Virus record (IMG/VR): IMGVR_UViG_3300031867_000034
Coordinates: 15,798 to 79,797 of that record
Source of the DNA: a virus
Taxonomy: Duplodnaviria > Caudoviricetes
DNA: 64,000 nt
Strand: one strand, 5' to 3'
The translations under genes were made by a program, and so were the position numbers. Shown in pieces: positions 48,601 to 56,520 of this stretch. Below the pieces are notes generated by a model. That model was not told the origin of the DNA, ran no database searches, and worked only from the letters and a program-made list of their open reading frames with translations. Numbering within the stretch: the first letter of the stretch is position 1; each line of letters opens with the position of its first letter.

Positions 48601-48700
48601 AGAAAGCGAAGCACAGAAACAAGCGCAACTATACGGAGATTGGAAACAAATTCCATATTTAAAGAAAGATGGATCCTGGGGATTCCATAAAGCTAAATAA
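42617..48700 (+). CDS. 2,027-aa ejection/polyvalent protein with an LPD3/BECR-like domain at ~44240-44755
   Basis: Largest ORF, at the end of the podoviral late operon. Domain YDYFETPITINGKNYIVGFDVE…YKTHKV resembles polyvalent-protein RelE-fold modules. Confidence 0.65.
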   Translation: MAKQSMKQQIYQSIANSQVQKVMSQKRDQEIAQLQADYDAWAKQQAEIQQLQADYDAWLKENNPQPVQTQPVQQATVNEIKQQIPSIADYDKTADNLQYRQAKRNIALRDKQREDYQRQQQMEQELADPRYAEKEKKKTEFKQLSNLADYQAAMDAQKKQTQNNYDDLVSTVQNMEKADKWLDPSYKLSKEEEKEAKKVAETELAKLKGRSLTDEEKARKQTFEDLKTKTSNFRSFAVGAADKALDYGKFILQGVADTQSRQLAAQNETAQAMGVNTGLTNEELSGIDEETKENIQRLNDSTADIVQNVKTQSPRAYGRGQMSTQLAAYMLTNPAFDSLGTAVNAGRIGSFAANQVGQNAQDLVLEELPMLQKAMNDGDISEEERNEILKTAGYNAVGNLIPGIAMEGVNSVIAKRAADAASNEAFRQNVKQGADYLEYINKNGITGLEPKANEIPQIDPTTAANNDFTRLMNEYNNTFKDDSAMRNIYSEEDLDGSLNKQLSEALADNSKASVKKPQIDNINAALDKVNAGRTTYIKDFYEGPKPVSLGNSERIEIAPDTYNRALDIYNKAKQDGSFGPRLRQYVKQLYESKYKDPKYGRVILNNVSFNDGDYVVEIGHRALKEAIDKGHLSPEKIATLEKLDDLLADSEFIDSGLPKYHGTTNKSQLVRYDYFETPITINGKNYIVGFDVEVNKGGNRYKTHKVVNEINLIPTEGQGLTSNITETTASKGLTDGIGVTPDRITGIPTQQLERSLSNSNIADAISEVNKKSVKNIDMPQDAQEKILSDFEQIYNSMDDMNAAAEASGNAKAIEKFEKLQQSVFEYEDSVWKSESLDDVNKAKKKADAARQAFVREMQKTDPNYRASLTGTKLGNAEFRRTSTAPTDSALLDEIVDDMVKQDMDNPNRFVKDANKTDIPVNAPVSGNGELEIHTIHGRNGREIYQVVSREGDLLTPVEPGKTFNTREEAEKAIDQYRTMAESISKPKSDIITSEPIEPGKYEIPDTPENAPKDVPPVDGMKERGTSKHIRNDGTPMRMEGVSDEVVSDFKDNPDMYKALKNSDTLSKAEKIYNESSDALVDFRDMVRNHDPAALPLGHQLAKDYSAAGNHEAAAQIYREMGEQLTKAGQFSQAAAINMMKNDPLTARAYFERELDALNKAGADKYGKKWKDFVLTDEERALFDKIAPGDSEAIKNAIDKIGVRIEKEYPASAWEKVLEFRRVAMLFNTRTIVRNTLANPPTAALRYVSDRIEALGQYAAHLIDPDFEVTQAIRGSNLETRKLAKEVYNSSKVKSLLEGGTGRLSEIPSVGDYAKSKQMFKGGFVSDWVNKMTNGGVEKLNAKLGKENAKSLLELTRSSAYKALEVTDNPMVRENFISRLGSYIRAKGIKNAADVPDEAILMAYEEAMKATYKDNSFMVQAIRNFKSGIERTGNHIIPGLGDMASQALIPYVQAPGNIAARTIDYSGIGFGKGIAKIVKGASANDVKMISKGIEEASKGATGSLMAALGYALYKSGVITGTYSNDNDQKAFEKKNGFREFAFRYKVNGQTKYDTIDWMQPFVDTIMPGVLLAQAIENSDKYDSDILRYFGFEGTKLGKVTGVAKEGVKKNVNYFFDSTPLKNLGELFKGNYGKETDLAGNLWENTVEDFASALVPAGVNAVTKSVDPIQRQTYDPSNAFGTFVNGVAAKLPKVSEALPVKYDTWGQPMTYGNSKGEAAFAKMLYPGEHTSDKADETDKELNRLFETTGSNAVFPQVAPSKVNGEKINNKEVSQYQQDVGVRNKLLVDGFINSSYYDALEDTDKADKIAKLYGVSKAITERDKFGKEVSENSEYKKAIEAYDEAGGGEKGVDAVINHYTAKKITDDAGINANSKVAEQVQDAVANGNMQEAQKIAKNEGQKLDMYEKYGLDNNSTSKKVYEDYGESGLKDLSAMKSKGLGATATYVYESAKKEVSSSELPSIETFASTYKKIDNYGNSNGSVNQKEFLAYAKKNNLSESEAQKQAQLYGDWKQIPYLKKDGSWGFHKAK

Positions 48701-48748
48701 AACAAAGCCTCTACTCAGAAATGGGTAGGGGCTTATTTTATTGTATTA

Positions 48749-48988
48749 TGCACACAAAAGTGCACATGAAATTTAAAAAAGGCGCTAATCAAGGCACTTC
48801 CAACCTATTTGCTGAAGTGTTCGATTCTCGTCAGCAGCTTTATTATATTAAAGCCGGTAATCAAGGGAAATGTTATTCAAATCCGCTTGGTTACCGGCTT
48901 TTTTAGTTCTATTTATTGAAGCTGATTTTTTGATTTTAGAAGTGATTTTTAATAAAAAATGCACACAAGTGCACACGAAAGTGCACAC
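48749..48988. other. attP: core GTTCGATTCTCGTCAGCAGCT (48819-48839, tRNA 3' end-like) with (G)TGCACAC arm-site repeats
   Basis: Core equals T-loop + T-stem 3' arm + acceptor 3' arm + discriminator. Arm repeats at 48749, 48760, 48960, 48969 and 48981. Adjacent to the integrase 3' end. Confidence 0.75.
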
Positions 48989-48994
48989 GTTTTT

Positions 48995-50062
48995 TTATGC
49001 TTTCTTTTTCTTGTATTGTTCCTTGAAAGTATCTTCAATGTAGTTATTGGCTATCTGAGTATATTTCTTTCTATTAGAAGTAAGAGTATTGTCGTAAACC
49101 CTTTTCAATACAGTAGATTCATTCTTCCATCCACCGACTTCTTCAACATATTTCTGTGGTATTCCTATATCAGTTCTGAAACTTGCAGCATAATGTCTGA
49201 GACTGTGGAAGGAACATTTTAATCCTAATTTGTCTCTTAAGTGTTGGAAGTTGCTAGTGATCTGATTAGGATTAAGTCCAAAAACATAGCTTTCAGGATC
49301 TTCAGAAACAGGAAAAGTATCTATTATGAATTTTGGTAATTGCACACATCTGTTACTACCTGAAGTTTTGGGAAAATCCTTGTAAATAAAGCCTTCGTCA
49401 GTCTGTACAACATCAGCGTGAACATAAACAGTGCACATGTCCCTGGATATATCTTTTTGTTTGAGTGCTGCTATTTCTCCACGCCTTAAGCTACCAAAAG
49501 CGGCTACGCCGATAACGGGCTTCATTATATCGCTTGCGTTGTCCAGAAGCATTTTTACATCATCAACATCCGGTGAGACAACATTTGCTGGTTTAGGTTG
49601 GGGATATCTGAGCTTGAATTTTTTATCACATCCGGCATAATCCAAAGCTGACAATAAGAATGATATCCTTGTTTGTATTGTCTTCTTAGTTATAGATATG
49701 CTCCATTCGTTAATGATTGGCTGTATATCGGACGTTTTTATGTCATATACAGAAATATATGATATGGATTCAAAAAGCGGTAAAAAACGCTTATAATCGT
49801 ATATCGTACGTGGTGAAAGAACCTTCTCTCTGTCTTTAATATAAAGCTTTAAAGCATTCTCAACAGTATAATTATTTTCTTCATCTTCTGCATTTAAAGT
49901 CCACTCTCTAGCTTTTAATTCAGATAGATCTCTGGCTTTTCTCCAATCATTACCACATTCTTTTGGATGTACAGTAAAAGACTTCCGGATCAGTTTCCCA
50001 TTTATCTTTTTGTTGGCTTGTGTTCGCCATGCTCCGCTTGGGAGTTTGATTGCTTTTGCCAT
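48995..50062 (-). CDS. int: Tyrosine integrase
   Basis: SLRRGEIAAL, FHSLRHYAAS, GGW…RVY catalytic residues. Confidence 0.93.
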   Translation of the reverse strand: MAKAIKLPSGAWRTQANKKINGKLIRKSFTVHPKECGNDWRKARDLSELKAREWTLNAEDEENNYTVENALKLYIKDREKVLSPRTIYDYKRFLPLFESISYISVYDIKTSDIQPIINEWSISITKKTIQTRISFLLSALDYAGCDKKFKLRYPQPKPANVVSPDVDDVKMLLDNASDIMKPVIGVAAFGSLRRGEIAALKQKDISRDMCTVYVHADVVQTDEGFIYKDFPKTSGSNRCVQLPKFIIDTFPVSEDPESYVFGLNPNQITSNFQHLRDKLGLKCSFHSLRHYAASFRTDIGIPQKYVEEVGGWKNESTVLKRVYDNTLTSNRKKYTQIANNYIEDTFKEQYKKKKA

Positions 50063-50078
50063 AATAGCACCTTTCTGA

Positions 50079-50522
50079 TTATGAACTCATTATATTTAAC
50101 AACATATCAATGTTTGTGGCAAAATCATTTATAATGCCTGCTTCGTAGCGATTAAGATATTCCTGGCACTCTGCTACAATCTGCTTCTCGTTCTTATCAA
50201 TGATGGCTTTTATTAAAGATGCGTAAACGTTATTTTCTGTATGAAAAGGATGAAGCCATTCTCTCTTTACAGGAAACATTTTTAGATAATGCAATCCGTG
50301 GCGATTGTAGTCTTTGGTTGTAGATCTTGGTGGTAATGGAAAATACTGATTCTTTGGAGCACTCTTTGAAATATTTGAGCGAAGGGGAATAGCGAAATCA
50401 TATCTTGAGCCCTTATATTTCAATCTGATAACCAGTGCTGAAGGCCTATCTGCCTTTTGAAGCATTTCAGGATCTTTGGAATATCCTTTCAATGCAGTCT
50501 TATCTATAGTTATTAGTCGCAT
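50079..50522 (-). CDS. ToxN/AbiQ/TenpN-like type III toxin (endoRNase)
   Basis: PEML.K..RP…FAIPLRSNI…GLHYLKMFPV pattern. Upstream terminator and pseudoknot RNA. Confidence 0.7.
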   Translation of the reverse strand: MRLITIDKTALKGYSKDPEMLQKADRPSALVIRLKYKGSRYDFAIPLRSNISKSAPKNQYFPLPPRSTTKDYNRHGLHYLKMFPVKREWLHPFHTENNVYASLIKAIIDKNEKQIVAECQEYLNRYEAGIINDFATNIDMLLNIMSS

Positions 50523-50540
50523 ATTTCCTCCAATACAAAA

Positions 50541-50564
50541 GGGAGACTACCGAAGTAATCTCCC
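50541..50564 (-). terminator. Terminator between antitoxin RNA and toxin
   Basis: GGGAGAUUAC-UUCG-GUAGUCUCCC-UUUU on the minus strand. Confidence 0.85.
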
Positions 50565-50565
50565 C

Positions 50566-50658
50566 TACACATGAACGATATTCTACGCTATGCACCCCGT
50601 CGTCCACGGAAGCTAAACATACACGTCTGTTATATTCTAGCCGTAACAGTCGGCTTCT
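50566..50658 (-). ncRNA. Putative type III antitoxin RNA with two H-type pseudoknots
   Basis: Promoter TTGAAA-17-TATTCT (50693-50665). Two units share UAGAAUAU and A(C/U)GUGUA. Confidence 0.65.
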
Positions 50659-50821
50659 AAGAGAAGAATACCTTATTATTTCTGTTTTTTCAACAACATG
50701 ATATGGTGTTAACACCAAGGGTATAAATACTATATGTTGCGTTTTTTGTTTTGTCTATCACAATTTTGTGAAACATGAGAGGGGAGCATTTATGCTTTTG
50801 CCAATGTAGACCTCCTTTATT

Positions 50822-51823
50822 TTAATTAAAAGGTAATTCTTCATCTATGTCGTCTGGAATAGTCATAAACGCATCAACTTTATTCCACGCTTGCAATATG
50901 TTGCTATTAAAAAAGACTGAATGACTTCCGCATATTGGGCAATAACGCGCATTAGAAGGCAATATAATATTACAATTAGAATTAGAACAAGCATTTATTA
51001 AACGCGTACCACAAATTTGGCAGAAATGACCTTCAATAGCAGTTTCTTCATTTCCGCATATAGGACATTTTAGTAACTTATTTTCCGTATTAACTGCTAG
51101 CATTGGATATTTCATGTTATCGCCATTACCCCATTCCATTTTGTGTCCGCATATAATACATATAGAGCTTTTTTGAATTGAACCATATCCACAAATGGGA
51201 CACACTTTTTTATAAAAGAAATTGCTAAATATTTTAAGTATTCTGTCCGTGAATCCTAATTTAGCGTAATTAGCATAATCTAATTCTAAAAAAGAAAGTC
51301 TTGTAGCTGCTGCTAAATAAGATATTCCAAAAATAGAACAAATATTATCTAAAGACTGGTCTTTCAAATGTTTAATCATGCTTACTGGGACAAGTACATT
51401 CCTCGCGAAAGCATTGGCTTCATTTTCAAGAACTTTATATTCTTTAAAAGAAAGACTACTAAATTCATTTTTAGGGATTACAACTGTTTTTTCATATTTG
51501 GCCAGGTGCCCTAAATAAACATGCCCTATTTCATGCATTAGAGTAAAACGAACTCTTCCTTCAATGAGGGTATCATTATAATAGATAATACAATCATGGC
51601 CATCATAAAAAGTTATTGCGTCTTTGGTATGTAATTTTGCACATACTTCGTCAACTGTTATATCGTTTTGTCTTGCAACATTAGAATATGTCTCTAGATC
51701 TAAGCCTATTTCATGTATTATATCAATAGGATTTACCGGAAAAGAATTAATATTAAAGTCTTCAAGAAATTCACAGGCGCGCTTGCTGCAATAATAATAA
51801 TCTGCATAAAAAGGAATGTTCAT
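50822..51823 (-). CDS. ImmA/IrrE-family metallopeptidase with C-terminal Zn ribbons
   Basis: RVRFTLMHEIGH…ENEANAFARNVL. Multiple CPICG motifs. Confidence 0.85.
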   Translation of the reverse strand: MNIPFYADYYYCSKRACEFLEDFNINSFPVNPIDIIHEIGLDLETYSNVARQNDITVDEVCAKLHTKDAITFYDGHDCIIYYNDTLIEGRVRFTLMHEIGHVYLGHLAKYEKTVVIPKNEFSSLSFKEYKVLENEANAFARNVLVPVSMIKHLKDQSLDNICSIFGISYLAAATRLSFLELDYANYAKLGFTDRILKIFSNFFYKKVCPICGYGSIQKSSICIICGHKMEWGNGDNMKYPMLAVNTENKLLKCPICGNEETAIEGHFCQICGTRLINACSNSNCNIILPSNARYCPICGSHSVFFNSNILQAWNKVDAFMTIPDDIDEELPFN

Positions 51824-52164
51824 TAATTATTTTTCCGCTTATTATCTTTATACATTTTTATCATGTTTACTACAAAGCTTTGATCATCTTCCGACATGTC
51901 TTGCATTTCTCTAGCAGCGGATCTTATCAGAGAAGAAACTTCTGATGTTTCAGAACTTAGACCTTCAGTACCCATTAATTCACCCGCAGAAACATCAAAG
52001 ATTTCTGCAAACTGCATAATTTTACTTTGAGGCAAATCTATGTCGCCTTTTTCTATTTTTGCAATAGAAGAACGATCAGTATAGTTTGCCTTTTTAGCTA
52101 ATTCTTCTTGTGACCAACCATGCATAATGCGATATTTTTTTATGTTCTTATATAATTCAAGCAT
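51823..52164 (-). CDS. CI-like XRE repressor
   Basis: WSQEELAKKANYTDRSSIAKIEKG. Divergent from the cro-like gene. Confidence 0.88.
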   Translation of the reverse strand: MLELYKNIKKYRIMHGWSQEELAKKANYTDRSSIAKIEKGDIDLPQSKIMQFAEIFDVSAGELMGTEGLSSETSEVSSLIRSAAREMQDMSEDDQSFVVNMIKMYKDNKRKNN

Positions 52165-52221
52165 CTTTTCACCTCTAATTCATAATACAATTAATGTTTT
52201 TAATAATCAACAAAAACGTGC

Positions 52222-52272
52222 TTGACAATCAACACGTAATGTTGTAATTTATGATTAGTGAATTAAAATCAC
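52222..52272 (+). promoter_or_regulatory. Lytic promoter TTGACA-17-TAATTT with palindromic operator GTGAATTAAAATCAC (second copy GTGATTTAAAATCAC at 52491-52505)
   Basis: Direct sequence reading. Confidence 0.6.
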
Positions 52273-52286
52273 GCAAGGAGGAAGCA

Positions 52287-52499
52287 ATGACTAACGGGAA
52301 AATGTTGAGAGATAAGATAGACTCTTTAGGTATTAGTATAACTTTTCTGGCCAATAAAATCGGTTGTTCGCGCGGACACGTGTATGACATTATAGGCGGA
52401 ACAGAATGTACAGCATCCGAAATAATAAAGTTTTCAGAAGCATTGGGCCTTACTAAAAGAGAAAGAGACAATATTTTTTTGCAAAAAAGAGTGATTTAA
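52287..52499 (+). CDS. Cro-like HTH protein
   Basis: GISITFLANKIGCSRGHVYDII. Confidence 0.8.
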   Translation: MTNGKMLRDKIDSLGISITFLANKIGCSRGHVYDIIGGTECTASEIIKFSEALGLTKRERDNIFLQKRVI

Positions 52500-52528
52500 A
52501 ATCACATTTACAAAGAGGGAGGGGGACT

Positions 52529-53236
52529 ATGAACGAACTAAAAACATTCAACTTTGATACTCAGACAGTATCAGCAAGGGAGTTACACGAACAACTCAAC
52601 ATTGAAACACCTTTTCACAAATGGTTTCCAAGAATGTGTGAGTACGGATTTACAGAAGGTACAGACTTTTGGACAAAAATGTCCGAAAGTACCGGAGGTA
52701 GACCAGCAACTGAATATGAAGTCTCAATCGACATGGCAAAAGAAATCTGCATGATCCAGAGAACACCGGAAGGCAAGAGAGTAAGAGAGTACCTTATCCA
52801 GCTTGAAAGAGCATGGAATACACCAGAGCTTGTAATGGCTAGAGGGCTTCAAGCGTCACAGAAGCTATTGGAAGAGAGCCAGCAGAAAATCAAACTGCTA
52901 ACTGCAGAAAATGAGCGCATGAAGCCCAAGGAAATATTTGCAGATGCAGTAACAGCCTCAGATAGCTCGATTCTTGTAAGAGAGTTGGCAAAGATACTCA
53001 GACAGAATGGTGTGGAAATAGGTGAAAAGAGGCTATATAAATGGCTGCGTGATAATGGCTACATCATTAAAGGTACTACACAACCTACACAAAGGGCTAT
53101 GGAAATGGGGCTGTTTGAGGTTATCGAAAGAACAACTCAGAGAGCAGATCTTCCACCAATAGTAACACGAACAACAAAAGTTACCGGCAAAGGACAGCAA
53201 TACTTCATTAATAAGTTTTTATCTAAAGCATCATAA
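52529..53236 (+). CDS. Antirepressor (AntA/AntB plus KilAC domain)
   Basis: VSARELHEQL…DMAKEICMIQRT; KPKEIFADAV…ILVRELAK…TKVTGKGQQYFINKFL. Confidence 0.9.
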   Translation: MNELKTFNFDTQTVSARELHEQLNIETPFHKWFPRMCEYGFTEGTDFWTKMSESTGGRPATEYEVSIDMAKEICMIQRTPEGKRVREYLIQLERAWNTPELVMARGLQASQKLLEESQQKIKLLTAENERMKPKEIFADAVTASDSSILVRELAKILRQNGVEIGEKRLYKWLRDNGYIIKGTTQPTQRAMEMGLFEVIERTTQRADLPPIVTRTTKVTGKGQQYFINKFLSKAS

Positions 53237-53507
53237 ATATATAAAAATACCCACCGATTCAGCCTGGAAAACTTCATCAGTGGGCATTGTCTAAAAAAAA
53301 GACACGTCTATTATAGCGTGCCTGGAAAGAAGGTACAAGTGAAAAATAACCTAACAGATGAACAAGTAAAAGCCATCCTGAAGCTGGGGAACAGAGTTGT
53401 TTTGTTGTCCGGGGCTGTAGCCATCATAGGCTTAACAGGAATAAGCGGCCTTATTGCTGTAAGTATACTGGCGTTTTTCTACTTATTAATTACGAAAGCG
53501 TGATTTT

Positions 53508-53726
53508 ATGAATGAAGATAATTTTAGAGCTTTAGTCCGAAAGTACATGGAATTACGCCATGTAAGACGATTAGAGGATTTAAGGCAACACACAACACTA
53601 TCTACAGGAACATTTTCTAAGTACTGGAATAATCCGAGGCTGTTTCCTTTAGGGGAAGCGGCAGCAATTTTTAACTATTTGAAAATTCCATACGAGGAAA
53701 GAGGACAGGTTTTATTTAAAGCTTAA
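53508..53726 (+). CDS. Small HTH-like protein
   Basis: LEDLRQHTTLSTGTFSKYWNNP. Confidence 0.55.
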   Translation: MNEDNFRALVRKYMELRHVRRLEDLRQHTTLSTGTFSKYWNNPRLFPLGEAAAIFNYLKIPYEERGQVLFKA

Positions 53727-53742
53727 GGGAGCAAATGAGAGT

Positions 53743-54318
53743 ATGAAAAAAAGTAAGGGGAAATATCTATGGATTATCAACGATATCTTTATATTTGCGT
53801 TGGTGTTATTAGTATGGGCCAGCGCAGTATTCCTAGCAAATTCAGAAGAAACAGAGCTAATTGAATATGAATACGTACCGACAAGAAAAGCCATTAACAC
53901 AGAGCCTATTGAAAGTATGGATATAGAACACACTCACATGGATGATGTGCAGATGGATATTGTTGAGCTGTCTTATGAAGATGCACAACTTTTAATGAAG
54001 ATAGCACAGGCCGAAGCCGGTAATCAGGGAACAGATGGAATGTGGCTTGTTATGTCGGTGGTTTACAACAGGGTAAACAATCCGGAATTTCCAGATAGTT
54101 ACTATGATGTGATTTACCAGCCGTATCAATTCTATACAGATGGGATAGGTTTAACAGAGATTAGTCCTGAATGTCATGAAGCCCTGGCAAGGATTGAAAA
54201 AGGTGATATAGCACCGGAGATAGTAGCTTTTGAAAAGGTCACAAATAACAGCTTGGAAAAGTATTTCTGCAGTGCCTTTAATTATCGGGACCATCAATTT
54301 TATACAGCAAAGGAATGA
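53743..54318 (+). CDS. Membrane-anchored SleB/CwlJ-like cell wall hydrolase (Hydrolase_2)
   Basis: LLMKIAQAEAG…VMSVVYNRV..PEFPDS..DVIYQP.QF. Homolog of 18005-18571. Confidence 0.8.
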   Translation: MKKSKGKYLWIINDIFIFALVLLVWASAVFLANSEETELIEYEYVPTRKAINTEPIESMDIEHTHMDDVQMDIVELSYEDAQLLMKIAQAEAGNQGTDGMWLVMSVVYNRVNNPEFPDSYYDVIYQPYQFYTDGIGLTEISPECHEALARIEKGDIAPEIVAFEKVTNNSLEKYFCSAFNYRDHQFYTAKE

Positions 54319-54568
54319 AACATGAAACAGAAAATAACCATTACAAGAAAAGAAGCAGACAACAAAATAACTGCAGCATTTTATTCTGCTTGTAACGGAG
54401 ATTATACGAAGTTGTTTGAATGGGAAGTAGTTAAGAAAGCAATTCTAAAAGAATTGTTTTCAGATAAAAAGGATCATGCCGTCACATGATCCTAAATGGT
54501 TGAGTTGAATGATCACCAGTCCTTCGCCTCAACCTCATTATAACAAATTTATAAGGAGGAAAAAAGTT

Positions 54569-54757
54569 ATGGAAAATGACAAAGAATTACAAGCAGTAAA
54601 AGACAGATGTGGAATAAATCTGTTGTCTTACATTGTCAGATCTACTGTTGAACGTGGCTATGATGCTGTAACAGTTGATAGACTGAATGACATTTTACTG
54701 CTGACAGAAGGTAAGGTTATTGATCCTAAAACAATGAGAGAAATGGAGGTCATCTAA
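54569..54757 (+). CDS. Hypothetical protein
   Basis: AAGGAGG RBS. Confidence 0.55.
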   Translation: MENDKELQAVKDRCGINLLSYIVRSTVERGYDAVTVDRLNDILLLTEGKVIDPKTMREMEVI

Positions 54758-55239
54758 TGACACTGTACGACTTACAAGGTCAGTTCCTAGCACTGTATGA
54801 ACTGGCAACATCCGAAGATGATGAACAGGCTTTTTTAGATACTTTGGAAGCCCTGAAGGGTGAATTAGAAGTAAAGGCATCTGACTGTGTTCATGTAATC
54901 AAGCAACTTGAAATGGAAGAAATAGAGTGCGACAGGGCTATTGAAACATTTGAAGCTAAGAAAGAAATAAGATCCAGGAATATTAAGAAGATTAAAAATG
55001 CACTTATACAGGCTATGGATATTGCCGGAGTAAAAGAACTGTCAGCCGAAGATTATAAGCTAAAAATTGCTAATAATGGTGGCCTAAAGCCATTAAAGAT
55101 TGATGGTGATGTACCTGATAACTTCCAGAAGATAGTTTATGAACCGGACAATAAAAAGATCAGAGAAGCACTTAACGAAGGTAAGAAATTAGATTTTGCT
55201 CACTTAGAAGATCGTGGAAGACATTTGAGTATTAAATAG
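54757..55239 (+). CDS. Siphovirus Gp157 family protein
   Basis: MTLYDL…ELEVKA…YKLKIANNGG.KPL..DG.VP…PDNKKIREAL. Confidence 0.8.
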   Translation: MTLYDLQGQFLALYELATSEDDEQAFLDTLEALKGELEVKASDCVHVIKQLEMEEIECDRAIETFEAKKEIRSRNIKKIKNALIQAMDIAGVKELSAEDYKLKIANNGGLKPLKIDGDVPDNFQKIVYEPDNKKIREALNEGKKLDFAHLEDRGRHLSIK

Positions 55240-55251
55240 GAGGATAAAAAC

Positions 55252-55917
55252 ATGGGTGTTCCAGTACTTGTAATTGGAAAATCAGGATCAGGAAAAAGCT
55301 CTAGCCTAAGAAACTGCATAGGGAATGACAATTATAACGTGATAAACGTTTTAGCTAAGCCTTTTCCATTTAAAGGAAAAATAAAAAGCGTTAATACAGA
55401 TGATTACCAGCAAGTCATGAGGTGTCTTATACAATCTCAGGCCAAGAGCATTGTTATAGATGATGCTGGATATCTGATAACAAATATGTTTATGAACGGA
55501 CATTCTAACGCCGGCGCCGGTAATGCAGTTTTTTCTTTTTATAACAAAATCGGAGATCATTTCTGGAATCTTATTGAGTTTATAAAGAAGTCTGTTCCTG
55601 AAGGAAAGATTGTTTATATATTCATGCACGAAGACACAGATGATTTTGGAAATATCAAACCCAAAACAATAGGAAAGTTGCTTGATGAAAAAGTCTGTAT
55701 TGAAGGTATGTTCACCATTGTACTTAGGTGCGTTATTGAGAATGGTAAGCATCTATTTGTCACTCAAACAACAGAAAGGGATGTTGCTAAAACTCCTATA
55801 GGAATGTTTGAGGACTTGAAAATAGATAATGATTTGGCTTTGGTAGACAAGGCAATCAGAGAATATTACGAGATACCGGACGTTGTAGTGCCGGAAAAGA
55901 AGGAGGAAAAGAAATGA
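55252..55917 (+). CDS. Phage AAA-family NTP-binding protein (Sak4-like)
   Basis: Walker A GKSGSGKS, IVIDD, KPKTIGKLLDEK.CIEGMFTIV. Confidence 0.85.
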   Translation: MGVPVLVIGKSGSGKSSSLRNCIGNDNYNVINVLAKPFPFKGKIKSVNTDDYQQVMRCLIQSQAKSIVIDDAGYLITNMFMNGHSNAGAGNAVFSFYNKIGDHFWNLIEFIKKSVPEGKIVYIFMHEDTDDFGNIKPKTIGKLLDEKVCIEGMFTIVLRCVIENGKHLFVTQTTERDVAKTPIGMFEDLKIDNDLALVDKAIREYYEIPDVVVPEKKEEKK

Positions 55918-56498
55918 TTGGACAGTTCAAAGATTACGACAAGACACAGGCTTATGAAGACTATCAGACACTTCCAAAGGGTGGCTATGTTGTAAAGATT
56001 ATGGGTGTATCTCAGGAGACAAACAGCAACGGAGCTTATCTTAAGATTGGCTGTGATATTGCTGAAGGTGAGTACAAGGATTTCTACTCAGAGTCTTACA
56101 GAAATGATAAAAGAGAAAATAAAAAGTGGGGCTGCAATTTCCTGTTAAGTCTTCCAAAGGATGATGGATCTGAAAAAGATGGATGGACCAAGAGAAGCTT
56201 TAAGACCTTTACAGAAGCCCTTGAAGAGTCTAACGAAGGTTATCACTTTGACTGGGACGAAGAGAAGTTTAAAGGAAAGCTTATCGGTGGACTGTTTAAC
56301 GAACAGGACTACAGCAAGGCTGATGGATCAATTGGAACAGCTACCAGAATGAAGCGTGTTTGTTCTGTTCAGAAGATCAGAGAGGGTAATTATAAACTTC
56401 CTGATGATGAAAAGATTACACCTACAAATAATGCAAGTGTTGGAACTGATTTTATGAGTATTCCTGATGGCATTGACGAGGAATTACCTTTTAAATGA
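55914..56498 (+). CDS. DUF669-like single-stranded DNA-binding protein
   Basis: LPKGGYVVKI… with acidic tail DFMSIPDGIDEELPF. Confidence 0.7.
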   Translation: MIGQFKDYDKTQAYEDYQTLPKGGYVVKIMGVSQETNSNGAYLKIGCDIAEGEYKDFYSESYRNDKRENKKWGCNFLLSLPKDDGSEKDGWTKRSFKTFTEALEESNEGYHFDWDEEKFKGKLIGGLFNEQDYSKADGSIGTATRMKRVCSVQKIREGNYKLPDDEKITPTNNASVGTDFMSIPDGIDEELPFK

Positions 56499-56520
56499 TC
56501 CGGTATAGTTGGGGGACTTT

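Noticed and set aside
48811-48840. tRNA gene
   Set aside because: Only the 3' ~21 nt are tRNA-like and no D or anticodon arm is present, so it is interpreted as the attP core. Other GGTTCG hits lie inside CDSs.
48959-49222. 87-aa plus-strand ORF (and other shadow ORFs antisense to long genes, e.g. 28930-29514, 40622-41179)
   Set aside because: They overlap well-supported genes on the opposite strand, lack an RBS and have no recognisable motifs.
50740-50815. Strong RBS (AAAGGAGG, minus strand) followed by TTG GCA AAA GCA TAA
   Set aside because: Only four codons. Could be a deletion remnant or leader peptide, but there is too little evidence to call.
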